In this document: positions 21,017 to 30,324 of the stretch, piece after piece
Layout of the letters: each line of letters opens with the position of its first letter
Position numbering within the stretch: position 1 is the stretch's first letter
Source: Vicinamibacteria bacterium
GTDB lineage: Bacteria; Acidobacteriota; Vicinamibacteria; Marinacidobacterales; Marinacidobacteraceae
Reading direction: 5' to 3'
Assembly: GCA_965199715.1 (NCBI GenBank)
Contig: OZ241322.1
Span: 1 to 64,000, forward strand
Length of the DNA stretch: 64,000 nucleotides
Notes under the pieces: generated by a model
Seen by the model: only the letters and a program-made list of their open reading frames with translations
What the model was told of the DNA's origin: nothing
Databases searched by the model: none
Program-made: the position numbers and the translations under genes

Positions 21017-22557
21017 TGGCCGGTCCCCCGGGTCACGACCACGACCTGGTTCGGAGCCGGGGCGGGGAAGGACTCGTGCGCGCCGTCGGACCAGCGCACC
21101 GCGAGCGCCCGGATCGCCGCGCCCGGAGGCAGGCCGAAGTGCGCCCTCGGATCCGAGGAGCTGAGGTAGGAGACCCCCGGGTTCGCCCGCGCCGCCAAGG
21201 TCCCCGCGTTGGTTCGCAGCGTCACCACCGCGCCGTGGTCGGGGGCTCCCGACGGAGTCCGGGCGTCCACGAGGAGCCACCGGCCCTGCGCGTCGTTGCG
21301 CAGCAGCAGCGCCGGGCCGCCCGCGGCGGCGAGGACGAGATCGGGATCCCCGTCGCCGTCGAGGTCGCCCGCGGCGAGACCGCGCCCGACGAGGCGCGAT
21401 CCCGCGAGCCCGCCGTCCCGGAAGCGGTTCCCGTCGTTCCAGAGCGCCAGCGCGTTCTCGGCGTACTGGTCGAGGAACGGCTCCTGCGGAAGCGCTCCGG
21501 GCGGCCGCGCCACTCGCCCGTTCGCGATGACCGCGTCGAGGCGGCCGTCGAGGTCGAGATCGAGGAGGGCGGTCCCGAACCCGGTGGTTCCGAGCCCGAG
21601 CGCGCCCAGCCCGAGCCCGATCGAGCCGTCGGTGAAGCCGCCGCCCGGCTCCGCCAGGTACACGGTGTTCGTCTCGTCGGCGAAGTGGGTGAGCAGGAGG
21701 TCAAGGTCGGAGTCCCCGTCCACGTCGCCGATCTCGACCCCCATGCCCGCCTCGGGCCGCCCCAGCCCGCTCAGCGCCGCTCCCCGGAACAGGGCCTCCT
21801 CGGAGAAGCCGCCGTCCGCCCGGCCCGCCCACAGGTGGTTCGCCTCGGTGTCGTTCGCGACGTAGAAGTCGAGCCGACCGTCGCCGGTGAAGTCGTGGCA
21901 GACGACGCCGAGCCCCCGCGCCTCGAATGCGTCGATCCCGGCGGCCGCGCTCACGTCCTCGAAGCGCCCGTCGCCGAGACCGCGGTAGAGCCGGTCCGAA
22001 GCGCCGGGGATCTCGGTCGGCCCGCAGTAGTCGCGCGGACCGGCCGCCGCGTGGCAGGCGAAGCCGGGGTCGTAGTCCATGTACCGGGTCACGAAGAGGT
22101 CGAGCGCCCCGTCCGCGTCGAAGTCGCAGAACGTCGCCGAGGCGGACCAGCCGTCCGGCCCCGCCGGCCGCGGCTCGAATCCGCCGTCTCCCCGGTTCAG
22201 GAAGAGCGCGGCCGAGCCCCAGCCAGTGCGGAAGACGTCGGGGAGGGCGTCGCCGTTCACGTCTCCGACGGCCACCCCCATCCCGTAGCCGCCGGCCTCG
22301 GGCAGGGGAGTCGCGGTGAAGCGGAGCCCGCCGTCGTTGCGGAGCAGGCGGTCCGATCCCCGCCCCTGCACCAGCCAGACGTCGAGATCGCCGTCGCCGT
22401 CGTGATCCACGAGGCCGACCCCCGAGCCCATGATCTCCGGCAGGAACCACGCCGGCTGGCCCGGATCGCCGCGCCCGGTCTCGTGGACGAAGTCGAGCGG
22501 AACCTCGACGAGGACCGGCTGCGCGAACGCGGCGACGAGGACCAGCGAGAGGCTCAG
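21013..22557 (-). CDS. CRTAC1 family FG-GAP / ASPIC-UnbV protein
   Basis: Repeated DxDGDGDxD motifs, EAGMG, SYLSSSD ASPIC motif; frame extends upstream of ATG 22431 through a signal peptide to CTG 22557. Confidence 0.88.
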   Translation of the reverse strand: MSLSLVLVAAFAQPVLVEVPLDFVHETGRGDPGQPAWFLPEIMGSGVGLVDHDGDGDLDVWLVQGRGSDRLLRNDGGLRFTATPLPEAGGYGMGVAVGDVNGDALPDVFRTGWGSAALFLNRGDGGFEPRPAGPDGWSASATFCDFDADGALDLFVTRYMDYDPGFACHAAAGPRDYCGPTEIPGASDRLYRGLGDGRFEDVSAAAGIDAFEARGLGVVCHDFTGDGRLDFYVANDTEANHLWAGRADGGFSEEALFRGAALSGLGRPEAGMGVEIGDVDGDSDLDLLLTHFADETNTVYLAEPGGGFTDGSIGLGLGALGLGTTGFGTALLDLDLDGRLDAVIANGRVARPPGALPQEPFLDQYAENALALWNDGNRFRDGGLAGSRLVGRGLAAGDLDGDGDPDLVLAAAGGPALLLRNDAQGRWLLVDARTPSGAPDHGAVVTLRTNAGTLAARANPGVSYLSSSDPRAHFGLPPGAAIRALAVRWSDGAHESFPAPAPNQVVVVTRGTGQ

Positions 22558-23822
22558 GGCGCGGTTCGGAGCGCGGCCGGGACGACTGAGCGGGGACCGA
22601 GATCCCCGAGCGTCGGCGCGCCGGCGAGCTGCATGGCCAGCTTCAGCTCGGCGCGGAGCATGCGGAGCACCGCCTCAACGCCGGGCTGCCCGAACGCGGC
22701 CAGCCCCCACAGGTAGGCCCGCCCGATCAGGACCGCGTCGGCCCCGAGCGCGAGCGCCTTCAGGACATCCACGCCCCGACGGATCCCGCTGTCCATGAGG
22801 ACCGGAATCCGCCCGCCGATCGTCTTCGCGACCTCGGGCAGCGACTCGAGCGAGCCGATCCCGCTTTCCTCGGCGCGCCCGCCGTGGTTCGAGACCACGA
22901 TCCCGTCCACGCCGTGCTGGAGGCAGAGCTCCGCGTCTTCGGCCGTGACGATGCCCTTCAGCAGGATCTTCATGGAGGTGGCGTCCCGCAGCCTCTGGAC
23001 CACGTCCCAGGTCAGATTCGGCTGGTTGAGGCCGGCGAACCGGCTCCGGCCGGTGGCGTCGGCGACCTCGACGTGGTCGAACATCCGCTTGCGGGAGACG
23101 TAGTTGGCGAATCCGGGACGGTGGCACGTCTCGCATTCCCGGTCGTCGATCCGGGCCGCGAGCGCGGTGGTGATGCGGTTGCTCCCGGCCGGAAGATCGA
23201 CGGTCAGCACGACCGCGGGGCAGCCGGCGGCCTCGGCGCGGCCCACGAGTTGCTTCGTGACCTCGAAGTCGGTGGTGGGATACAACTGGTACCAGACCGG
23301 CTCGCCCCGCGCCTCGTTGACCTCCTCGACTCCGGAAGTCGTGACCGTGGAAAGCAACTGCAGGTGGTCCACCTCCCGCGCCGCGCGGGCGACGGCGACC
23401 TCGCCCTCGGCGTGGAACGCCTTCTGGCTGCCGCACGGCGCGATCGCGATCGGCGAGGTCCACTCGCGCCCGAAGAGCGTGACCCGCATGTCCGGGTCCG
23501 AGACGTCCACGAGCCGCCGCGCCCGGATTCCGGTGTTCTCGAAGGCGCGGCGGTTCGCGGCCAGCGTGCCCTCGCCGTCCACTCCGGTGGCGATGTAGCC
23601 GTAGTGCGCCGGCGGCAGGTTCCGCTCGGCGACCGCGCGGAAGTCGAAGACGTCCACGGCGTCCTCGTGGTTCTGGACGAGCCGCCGCGGAAACCGGTTG
23701 AAGCCGAAGACTTCGGGATCCTCGGGAGCCGCCGGGGCGGGTTCGCGCCGCTCCCAGCAGCCGCCGCCCAACAGCAGCGGGCTCCCGGCCAGATACCGGA
23801 GGAAGCGTCGTCGATCGGTCAT
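22554..23822 (-). CDS. Tat-exported FMN-dependent alpha-hydroxy acid oxidase/dehydrogenase
   Basis: DRRRFL Tat motif; WYQLY, LTVD, LKGI, VSNHGGR, DSGIRRG; CETCH insert. Confidence 0.9.
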   Translation of the reverse strand: MTDRRRFLRYLAGSPLLLGGGCWERREPAPAAPEDPEVFGFNRFPRRLVQNHEDAVDVFDFRAVAERNLPPAHYGYIATGVDGEGTLAANRRAFENTGIRARRLVDVSDPDMRVTLFGREWTSPIAIAPCGSQKAFHAEGEVAVARAAREVDHLQLLSTVTTSGVEEVNEARGEPVWYQLYPTTDFEVTKQLVGRAEAAGCPAVVLTVDLPAGSNRITTALAARIDDRECETCHRPGFANYVSRKRMFDHVEVADATGRSRFAGLNQPNLTWDVVQRLRDATSMKILLKGIVTAEDAELCLQHGVDGIVVSNHGGRAEESGIGSLESLPEVAKTIGGRIPVLMDSGIRRGVDVLKALALGADAVLIGRAYLWGLAAFGQPGVEAVLRMLRAELKLAMQLAGAPTLGDLGPRSVVPAALRTAP

Positions 23823-23850
23823 GGGGGAGACTCCCCGGCCGATTCTACGG

Positions 23851-24600
23851 CTACCGCCCCGGCTCCTCCTCCTCGGGTTCGACCCGGTAGCTCAGGTCCG
23901 GGTCGTAGCGCACCAGCCACTGCTCGCTGCGGTCCATCACGCCGGCGAGCTTGCCGGTGACTTTCATCGCGTCCTCCGGCCCGAGCGCCCGCGCGAGAGG
24001 TGAGCCCTGGTCCAGCGCGGCGAAATTGGCGAGGTGGAAGAAGTGGACGTAGCCGGTCGGGCCGCCGAGCGTCAGCGCTCCCGAAGTGTGGTGCATCCCG
24101 GCTTCCTTGAAGTGGGGGAGCACGTCCTCCGCCATGATCCGGATGTAGTCCTGTTCCCGACCGGGCACGATCGTGACCAACTGGACCAGCATGAGCGCCG
24201 GCTCCTGGTCGTCGGGAAGCGGGTTGTCCAGATCGGGCGTCGTGCGGATCGCGTAGGCGGTCTCGCGGGTGGTCGCGCGGCGCACGCGGTTCTCGATTCC
24301 CATGCGGTTCGTGTCCAGGGGCGCGGACCGGTCCAGCGCGGCGAAGCGCTCCAGCGGACTCAGGAAGAGGAACTGGTACGAATCGCCGAAACCCTCGGTG
24401 CGGCTGACGCTCCGCCACCCGGCTCCGCCCTTGGCGTCCAGCGCGGTGAGCTCGCACGAGGCGGCGATGAAGCTGTCAAGGTCGCCGGGAGCCACCTCGA
24501 CGAGGCGCATCTCCATCCACGGCGCCACCTCCGGGGTTTCCTGCGCGGACGCCGCCCCGGCGAGGAGCGCCGCGGAAAGGACGCCTAGCAGGAAACGCAA
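23851..24600 (-). CDS. Exported hypothetical protein with two NIPSNAP/dimeric alpha-beta barrel-like repeats
   Basis: TTG start and signal peptide ending ASA-Q; internal repeat (VAPG..FAALD..TPDL / IVPG..FAALD..DPDL). Confidence 0.6.
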   Translation of the reverse strand: MRFLLGVLSAALLAGAASAQETPEVAPWMEMRLVEVAPGDLDSFIAASCELTALDAKGGAGWRSVSRTEGFGDSYQFLFLSPLERFAALDRSAPLDTNRMGIENRVRRATTRETAYAIRTTPDLDNPLPDDQEPALMLVQLVTIVPGREQDYIRIMAEDVLPHFKEAGMHHTSGALTLGGPTGYVHFFHLANFAALDQGSPLARALGPEDAMKVTGKLAGVMDRSEQWLVRYDPDLSYRVEPEEEEPGR

Positions 24601-26429
24601 TTGTTGTTGTTCTTCGAGCCCAGACTCTCCAGCAGCGCGACCGTCTCGGGGATGGGAGACACCCGCTGCACCGGACCGTTGGCCATGTCGGCGGTGGTCT
24701 GGCCGCGCCGGCTGACCGCGGTCACGTCCCCGCCTTGCTCGACGAGGAAGTGGATCATCTCGTTGTCGCCCCTGGCGGCGGCGTGGTGAAGGGCGTTGTA
24801 GCCGTTGAAGTCGCGCTGGTTCACGTCCGCGCCCAGCTCGATGAGGTACTGGACCGACGAGAGCCATGCGTCGGGCACGTGGCGGTGCGCGTTCCCGGCG
24901 AAGCCCTCGCCGTAGCCCACGCCCGACGCCGCGTGGATCGGATACACGCCCGGGTCGCCGGCCTTGTAGGGCGGCAGGCCCGACGGATCCGGACCCATCG
25001 TGGTCAGGTCGGTCGGAATCCAGAGGCCGGGAGCCGCCGGCAGCACCGCCAGCGCGCCCCGCTCGGGGTCGTTCACCGCGGTCGTCCCCCGGCGACGGCG
25101 GCGCGGCTCGGGAGCGGTCGTCGGGATGTTGGGGTCCGCCCCGTACTCGGCCAGAAGGCTCATCGCCGGGACGTCGGTCGCGTAGGCGGCGCGCCAGAAC
25201 GCGGTGGCCCCGGCGGTGTCCACGAGGCCGCAGTTCGAGTTCCCGCAGCCGCTGTACACCATGTACCACGGGTGCTTCGAGATGCGGTGGTTCGGGTCCG
25301 CGCCGGCGTCCAGAAGCGCCCGCATCAGCTCGAGGTAGCTGGTCTCCTGCCGGTCGTGCTCCTGCGGCTGCGGATAGCGCGTGCGCGGCTGCCACTCGGC
25401 GTTGACCGCTGCCCACAGCGGGGTCACGCCGTTCTCCTCGGAGGCGACGTTCGGGTCCGCGCCCCGCTCGAGGAGCGCCATCGCGAGGTCGAACTGGCCG
25501 TTGACCGAGGCCATCAGCAGCGGCGTCGTCCCGTCGCCGGAGGACGCCTGGTTCACGTCGGCGTCCCCGTCCAGAAGCGCGTTCGCCGCGCCCTGGAAGC
25601 CCTGCCGGGACGCATGCAGCAGCGCCGTGAGGCCTCCCTTGGACTTCAGTTGCGGCCGCCGGAAGCGGGCGAAGGGATCGTTGTCGTCCCCCTTCTTCTC
25701 CGGAACCTCGCCCGAGAGGTAGAGGTCGCGCGCGGCGAAGACCGCGGTCTGGACCTGCGCCGAGTCCGGTCGCGCGCCGCCCTCGGAGAACGCCTCGAGG
25801 ATCGCCCGCTGGCGACCCTTGGCCGCCTCCGACAGCTCGTAGTCGGAGGTGAGGTCCACGGCGTCGGAGGTCGCGTTCGGGTCCGCTCCGTGGCGCAGCA
25901 GCGCCTCGATGGCCGAAACGCGGTTGCGCGCCGCCGCGAGGATCAGCGGGGTCTGGCCCCACGTCTTCTCCTTCGCGTTCACGTCCGCCCCGTGGGCGAC
26001 CAGCGCGTCAATGGACTCAACGCTGCCGGCGTCCGCCGCGAGATGCAGCGGCGTCGCGCCGCTCGTGGTCACCGCCGTGGTGGCGCTCGCACCGGCCTCC
26101 AGCAGCATGGTCACGACGCGGGCGCGGCCGGCGCTCGCCGCCACGTGCAGCGGCGTGTGGCTGCCGATGCGGGTCGCCGCGTCCACCTTGGCGCCGCCCT
26201 CGAGGAGAACCTCGACGAGGCCGGCGTCGCCGCGCTCGGCGGCCCAGTGCAGCGCCGACATGCCGTCGCCGTGCGCTGCGTTCGCGTCCTCGCCGTCGGC
26301 GAGGAGCGTCCGCACCCGGTCAAGGTCGCCGGCGCGGGCCGCGTCGGCCACCGGAGCGGCGCCCGGCGGCGCGGAAACCGCGATCGCGGCGATGAGAAGC
26401 GCCCCGAGGGCGGAGGTCAGGTAACGCAC
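24585..26429 (-). CDS. Exported ankyrin repeat protein
   Basis: Signal peptide; many TPLH/ALH...GADVN repeats; C-terminal CVSC. Confidence 0.9.
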   Translation of the reverse strand: MRYLTSALGALLIAAIAVSAPPGAAPVADAARAGDLDRVRTLLADGEDANAAHGDGMSALHWAAERGDAGLVEVLLEGGAKVDAATRIGSHTPLHVAASAGRARVVTMLLEAGASATTAVTTSGATPLHLAADAGSVESIDALVAHGADVNAKEKTWGQTPLILAAARNRVSAIEALLRHGADPNATSDAVDLTSDYELSEAAKGRQRAILEAFSEGGARPDSAQVQTAVFAARDLYLSGEVPEKKGDDNDPFARFRRPQLKSKGGLTALLHASRQGFQGAANALLDGDADVNQASSGDGTTPLLMASVNGQFDLAMALLERGADPNVASEENGVTPLWAAVNAEWQPRTRYPQPQEHDRQETSYLELMRALLDAGADPNHRISKHPWYMVYSGCGNSNCGLVDTAGATAFWRAAYATDVPAMSLLAEYGADPNIPTTAPEPRRRRRGTTAVNDPERGALAVLPAAPGLWIPTDLTTMGPDPSGLPPYKAGDPGVYPIHAASGVGYGEGFAGNAHRHVPDAWLSSVQYLIELGADVNQRDFNGYNALHHAAARGDNEMIHFLVEQGGDVTAVSRRGQTTADMANGPVQRVSPIPETVALLESLGSKNNNNCVSC

Positions 26430-26451
26430 TGGGTGTCTCCCGCTCGAGCGG

Positions 26452-27861
26452 TCAGTCGGTCTCCACCATGGGCTCGACCGTGGACAGCGTTCCGTCGCTG
26501 TCGCCGAAGGTCTCCATCTCCAGTCCGAGCGACTGCACCAGCGCGAGCATCGCGTTGGCCATCGGCGTGCCGTCCGGGGCCTTCACGTGGAGGTTCCCGG
26601 TGAGCTTCCCGTTCGCCCGGCCGAGGAACATCAGGGGCGCCCGCCGGTGGTTGTGGATGTTCGCGTCCGCCATGGGCGAGCCCCAGATGATCGCGGTCTT
26701 GTCGAGCAGCGGGACCCCGCCTTCCTCGACGTTCTTGAGCTGCTCGAGGAAGTACGGAAGCTGGCCGACCCGGTACTGGCAGATCGTGTTGAAGTCCATG
26801 ATCCGCTCCTCGCTGTTCCCGTGGTGCGAGGCCGGGTGGAACGGCGAGTTCGTGCCGCTCTCGGGGAACGACCGGTTCTGCGCGTCGCGCCCGGTCTTGA
26901 AGGAGATCACGCGGGTCATGTCGGTTTCGAGCGCGAGCACCTGGAGGTCGAACATGAGCTGCATGTGCGAGGTGAACGAGTCGGGCACGCCCGGAGGCGC
27001 GTCGGGGAGCTCGCGGGTCTCGCCGCTCTCGTTGTGGCCCTCGATCATCTGGATGCGCCGCTCGACCTCGCGCACGTGATCCAGGTAGCGGTCCATGCGG
27101 TGGCGGTCGAGATTGCCGAGCTCGTTGCGGACTTCGGCCACGTCGCTCAGGATCCAGTCGAGGATGCTCCGCCGGGTGGCGCGCCGATCGGCCCGCTCCT
27201 CGGGGGTGCTGCCGGCGCCGAAGAGCATCTCGAAGGCGACCCGCGGGTCGCGGATCATCGGCAGCGGCTCGTTCGGGGAGGCCCAACTGATCGAGTCGGT
27301 GTAGGCGCACGAGTAGTTGTACGTGCAGCCGCCGGCCTGGTCGAGGTTCTCGATGCACAACTGGAGCGACGGCATCGGCGTGGACTGGCCGAACTGCTTC
27401 GCGTAGTACTGGTCCAGCGAGGTGCCGCACCAGATGTCCGAACCCTGCGTCTGCTTGGGATGCGACTGGGTCAGGAACACGGCCGACGACCGGAAGTGGT
27501 CGCCGCCGATCTCCGGCCCGGTGAACGCCTCGGCCATCCGCACGTCGGTGTTGCTGACGATGGTGAGGTAGTCCTGGAACGGCTCGAGCGGCTTGAGCGC
27601 GTTCTCCGGCCGGAGCGTGAAGTCGCGGCCGGTCGTCTCGGGGGCGTAGAGGTGCTGCGTCGCGCCCCACTCGTTGCAGCCGGGAAGGCCGTGCACTTCC
27701 TCGATGCACACGAGGCGGGTTACGTCCGACGGGGCCGCGTCCGCCGGGCGGGCGCCGAGGCCCGCAGGCAGCATCGCGTCGAGCCACGGAAGGGCGACCG
27801 CGGCTCCGGCGCCGCGGAGGAACGTCCGGCGCGGAAGGTACTTTCCGGTGAGAAGCGACAT
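26452..27861 (-). CDS. DUF1552 domain protein (Tat)
   Basis: RRTFLRGAGAAVALPWLDAM; YLDHVREVERRI; HPASHH; HNH motif. Confidence 0.88.
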   Translation of the reverse strand: MSLLTGKYLPRRTFLRGAGAAVALPWLDAMLPAGLGARPADAAPSDVTRLVCIEEVHGLPGCNEWGATQHLYAPETTGRDFTLRPENALKPLEPFQDYLTIVSNTDVRMAEAFTGPEIGGDHFRSSAVFLTQSHPKQTQGSDIWCGTSLDQYYAKQFGQSTPMPSLQLCIENLDQAGGCTYNYSCAYTDSISWASPNEPLPMIRDPRVAFEMLFGAGSTPEERADRRATRRSILDWILSDVAEVRNELGNLDRHRMDRYLDHVREVERRIQMIEGHNESGETRELPDAPPGVPDSFTSHMQLMFDLQVLALETDMTRVISFKTGRDAQNRSFPESGTNSPFHPASHHGNSEERIMDFNTICQYRVGQLPYFLEQLKNVEEGGVPLLDKTAIIWGSPMADANIHNHRRAPLMFLGRANGKLTGNLHVKAPDGTPMANAMLALVQSLGLEMETFGDSDGTLSTVEPMVETD

Positions 27862-27872
27862 GGGGAACCTCG

Positions 27873-30242
27873 CTACTGTTGGAGTGTGGCTTCGGGAGCG
27901 AAGCCGTCGCCGCGCTTGCGCTGGAAGGCGTCGCTCCGGATCACGCCCATGATGAAGGACGCGATGCGATAGTCGTCGGTCTCCGCATCCTGGGCGATGC
28001 GCCGCACGGTCGGTTGGTCGTGCGGCCCCATCGGACGCCCGATGGCGAAGGCCAGAAGGTTTTCGGTGAACGTGCGCGTCAGCGGAATCGGCCGACGCAG
28101 CAGCGCGTCCACGAGCTCGGAGGGGTTGGACACCGGGGTGCCGTCGTAGAAGTCCCCGTTCGTGTCCAGCGGGCCGCCGTTCTCGCGGACCCGCCACTTG
28201 CCGGTGACGTCGAAGTTGTCGAGCGCGAGGCCGATGGGGTCGATCATCCGGTGGCACGAGTTGCAGCTCGGATTCCGCGCGTGCATCTCCATGCGTTCGC
28301 GCGTCGTCAGCGGGCGCCCGTCCACGACCTCGGCGATCTCCTCGAGGACCGGAGTGTCCGGCGGCGGAGGAGGAGGCGGCGTGCCCAGCAGCACCTCCAT
28401 GACCCACTTCCCGCGCAGCACCGGCGAGGTGCGGTTCGCGAGCGAGGTCAGCACGAGCACGCTCCCGTGGCCGAAGACTCCCCGCCGGGTATCGTCCGGG
28501 TACTCGACCCGGCGGAACTGACGGCCGGCCACTCCCGGCATTCCGTAATGGCGGGCGAGCCGTTCGTTCGCGAAGGTGTAGTCGGCCTGGAACAGGTCGA
28601 GCAGGCTGCGGTCCTCCTGGACGAGGTGCGCGAAGAAGAGCTCGGTCTCGCGCCGCATCGCGTCGGCGAGGTTGTCGTCGAAGTTCGGGAAGAAGTTCGG
28701 GTCCGGCTTGACCTTGTCCATGTCCTGGAGCCGGAACCACTGGGCGGCGAAGCGCCGGCCGAGCGCCGCGGCGCGGGGGTCGGCGAGCATCCGGAGCGCC
28801 TGCCGCTCCACTTCCTCCTCGTTCAGCGCGCCCTGGTCGGCGAGCCGCTGGAGCTCGTCGTCGGGCGGCGCGCCCCACAGGAAGAACGAGAGGCGCGAGG
28901 CGAGGTCGGCGTCGGCCAGCCGGAAGCCGCGCTCGCCGGCGCCCGCCGGGGCGCGCTCCAGCCGTAGCACGAAGTGGGGGCTCGCGAGCATCGCCTCGAG
29001 CGCGGTGCGCACGCCCGACTCGAAGCCGGCCGCCGCGTATCCGTCGTCGTAGAAGCCGAGCAGGTCCTCGAGCTCGCGCGGCTCCAGGTTCCGGCGGTAG
29101 GCGTCGCGTCCGAGGCGGGCGAGGATCCGCCCGGCGCACGGCCGCGCCTCGTCCGGAGTCGTCGGGCGGCAGGTGAAGACGCGCCGGCGGCTCGGAGTCT
29201 CCGAGAGGCCGGTCGGGTTGAACGGCCCGGTGACGATCACGTCGCGGACGTGGGGCAGGGTGGTGATCCCCGCGCCGCCGGAGCCGCCCCCGGCGTAGGA
29301 CCAGTCGTGCGGGCGGATCAGATCCTCGTAGGGGCCGTGCTGACGGCGGACGAACGCGGCGGCCAGCCGCTTGGTCCCGGCCTTGACGAACACCCGCGGC
29401 GTCTGCGTGACGACGCCGCCCCGCCCGTCGGCGTCCACCTGGCGGTGCGTGTCGTAGAGCAGCAGCGCGACCCGCTCGCCGTCGATGGAGACGTCCACGT
29501 CCTCGATCCGGGTGTTCGCTCCCGAGGCGAAGGTCACGCCGAAGGTGTATTCGCCGTCCACCGGGAAGGTGTGGTCCACGACCAGTCCGCCCCTCGTGCC
29601 CCAGGGGGCGCCCTCCAACTGGTCCCACGGATGCTGCGAGAGGTACTGCGAGTTGCTGTAGGTGTGGTCCACCGGCTTCCCGCTGCGCTGGCCCACGGCG
29701 AGCCGGCTGATCGCGCTGGCCGCGTTGAGGTAGGACTCCAGCAGCGTTGCGGAGAGCGTCTGCGCCTCGGCGATGTTGTCGAAGTTGTGGCTGACCTGGT
29801 CGAGCGGCAGCCAGTCGCCGGCGTCCACCTCGAGGTCGAGCAGCTCGAGGATCGCCTGGCCGTACTCGTGCCGGTTCAGGCGCTGGAAGGGCCGGACCCC
29901 CGGATCGGGCGCGCGGGCGGCCGCCTCGTCGAGGCGGGTCTCGAGCGTCTCCACGAGCGTGGCCAGCTCCTCGGGAGTCGAACGCCGGATGCCTCCGGGG
30001 GGCATCATGCCGGCGCGGAGCTTCCGCACCATGCCCTCGGCGACGCCGGCGCTCTCCGACGCGCGGGTCACGTCGAAGTCCTCGAGCGAGAGGTTCCCGG
30101 TCATCATCCGGGAGTTGTGGCACATGACGCAGGTCGTGCTGACGACTCGGTTGGCCACCTCATCCGACGGAGTCGGCGTCTCGCCCGCGGCGAGCCCCGC
30201 GAACGCGAGCAGGAGCGGGGTCAAGGGAGCGTTCCTGAGCAT
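27873..30242 (-). CDS. DUF1592/1587/1595/1588/1585 protein with c-type cytochrome motifs
   Basis: CVMCH...KLRAGMMPP, RLNRHEY, LASRLSFFLW, TSPVLRGKWV, CNSCH...DPIG. Confidence 0.9.
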   Translation of the reverse strand: MLRNAPLTPLLLAFAGLAAGETPTPSDEVANRVVSTTCVMCHNSRMMTGNLSLEDFDVTRASESAGVAEGMVRKLRAGMMPPGGIRRSTPEELATLVETLETRLDEAAARAPDPGVRPFQRLNRHEYGQAILELLDLEVDAGDWLPLDQVSHNFDNIAEAQTLSATLLESYLNAASAISRLAVGQRSGKPVDHTYSNSQYLSQHPWDQLEGAPWGTRGGLVVDHTFPVDGEYTFGVTFASGANTRIEDVDVSIDGERVALLLYDTHRQVDADGRGGVVTQTPRVFVKAGTKRLAAAFVRRQHGPYEDLIRPHDWSYAGGGSGGAGITTLPHVRDVIVTGPFNPTGLSETPSRRRVFTCRPTTPDEARPCAGRILARLGRDAYRRNLEPRELEDLLGFYDDGYAAAGFESGVRTALEAMLASPHFVLRLERAPAGAGERGFRLADADLASRLSFFLWGAPPDDELQRLADQGALNEEEVERQALRMLADPRAAALGRRFAAQWFRLQDMDKVKPDPNFFPNFDDNLADAMRRETELFFAHLVQEDRSLLDLFQADYTFANERLARHYGMPGVAGRQFRRVEYPDDTRRGVFGHGSVLVLTSLANRTSPVLRGKWVMEVLLGTPPPPPPPDTPVLEEIAEVVDGRPLTTRERMEMHARNPSCNSCHRMIDPIGLALDNFDVTGKWRVRENGGPLDTNGDFYDGTPVSNPSELVDALLRRPIPLTRTFTENLLAFAIGRPMGPHDQPTVRRIAQDAETDDYRIASFIMGVIRSDAFQRKRGDGFAPEATLQQ

Positions 30243-30324
30243 GGATGCAAGACGGCCGAAGGGGCGCATCCGAAGACGCAATTGTGCGCTTTCCGGGCAC
30301 CCGGAGTCAAATCGCGCGGGCCGC

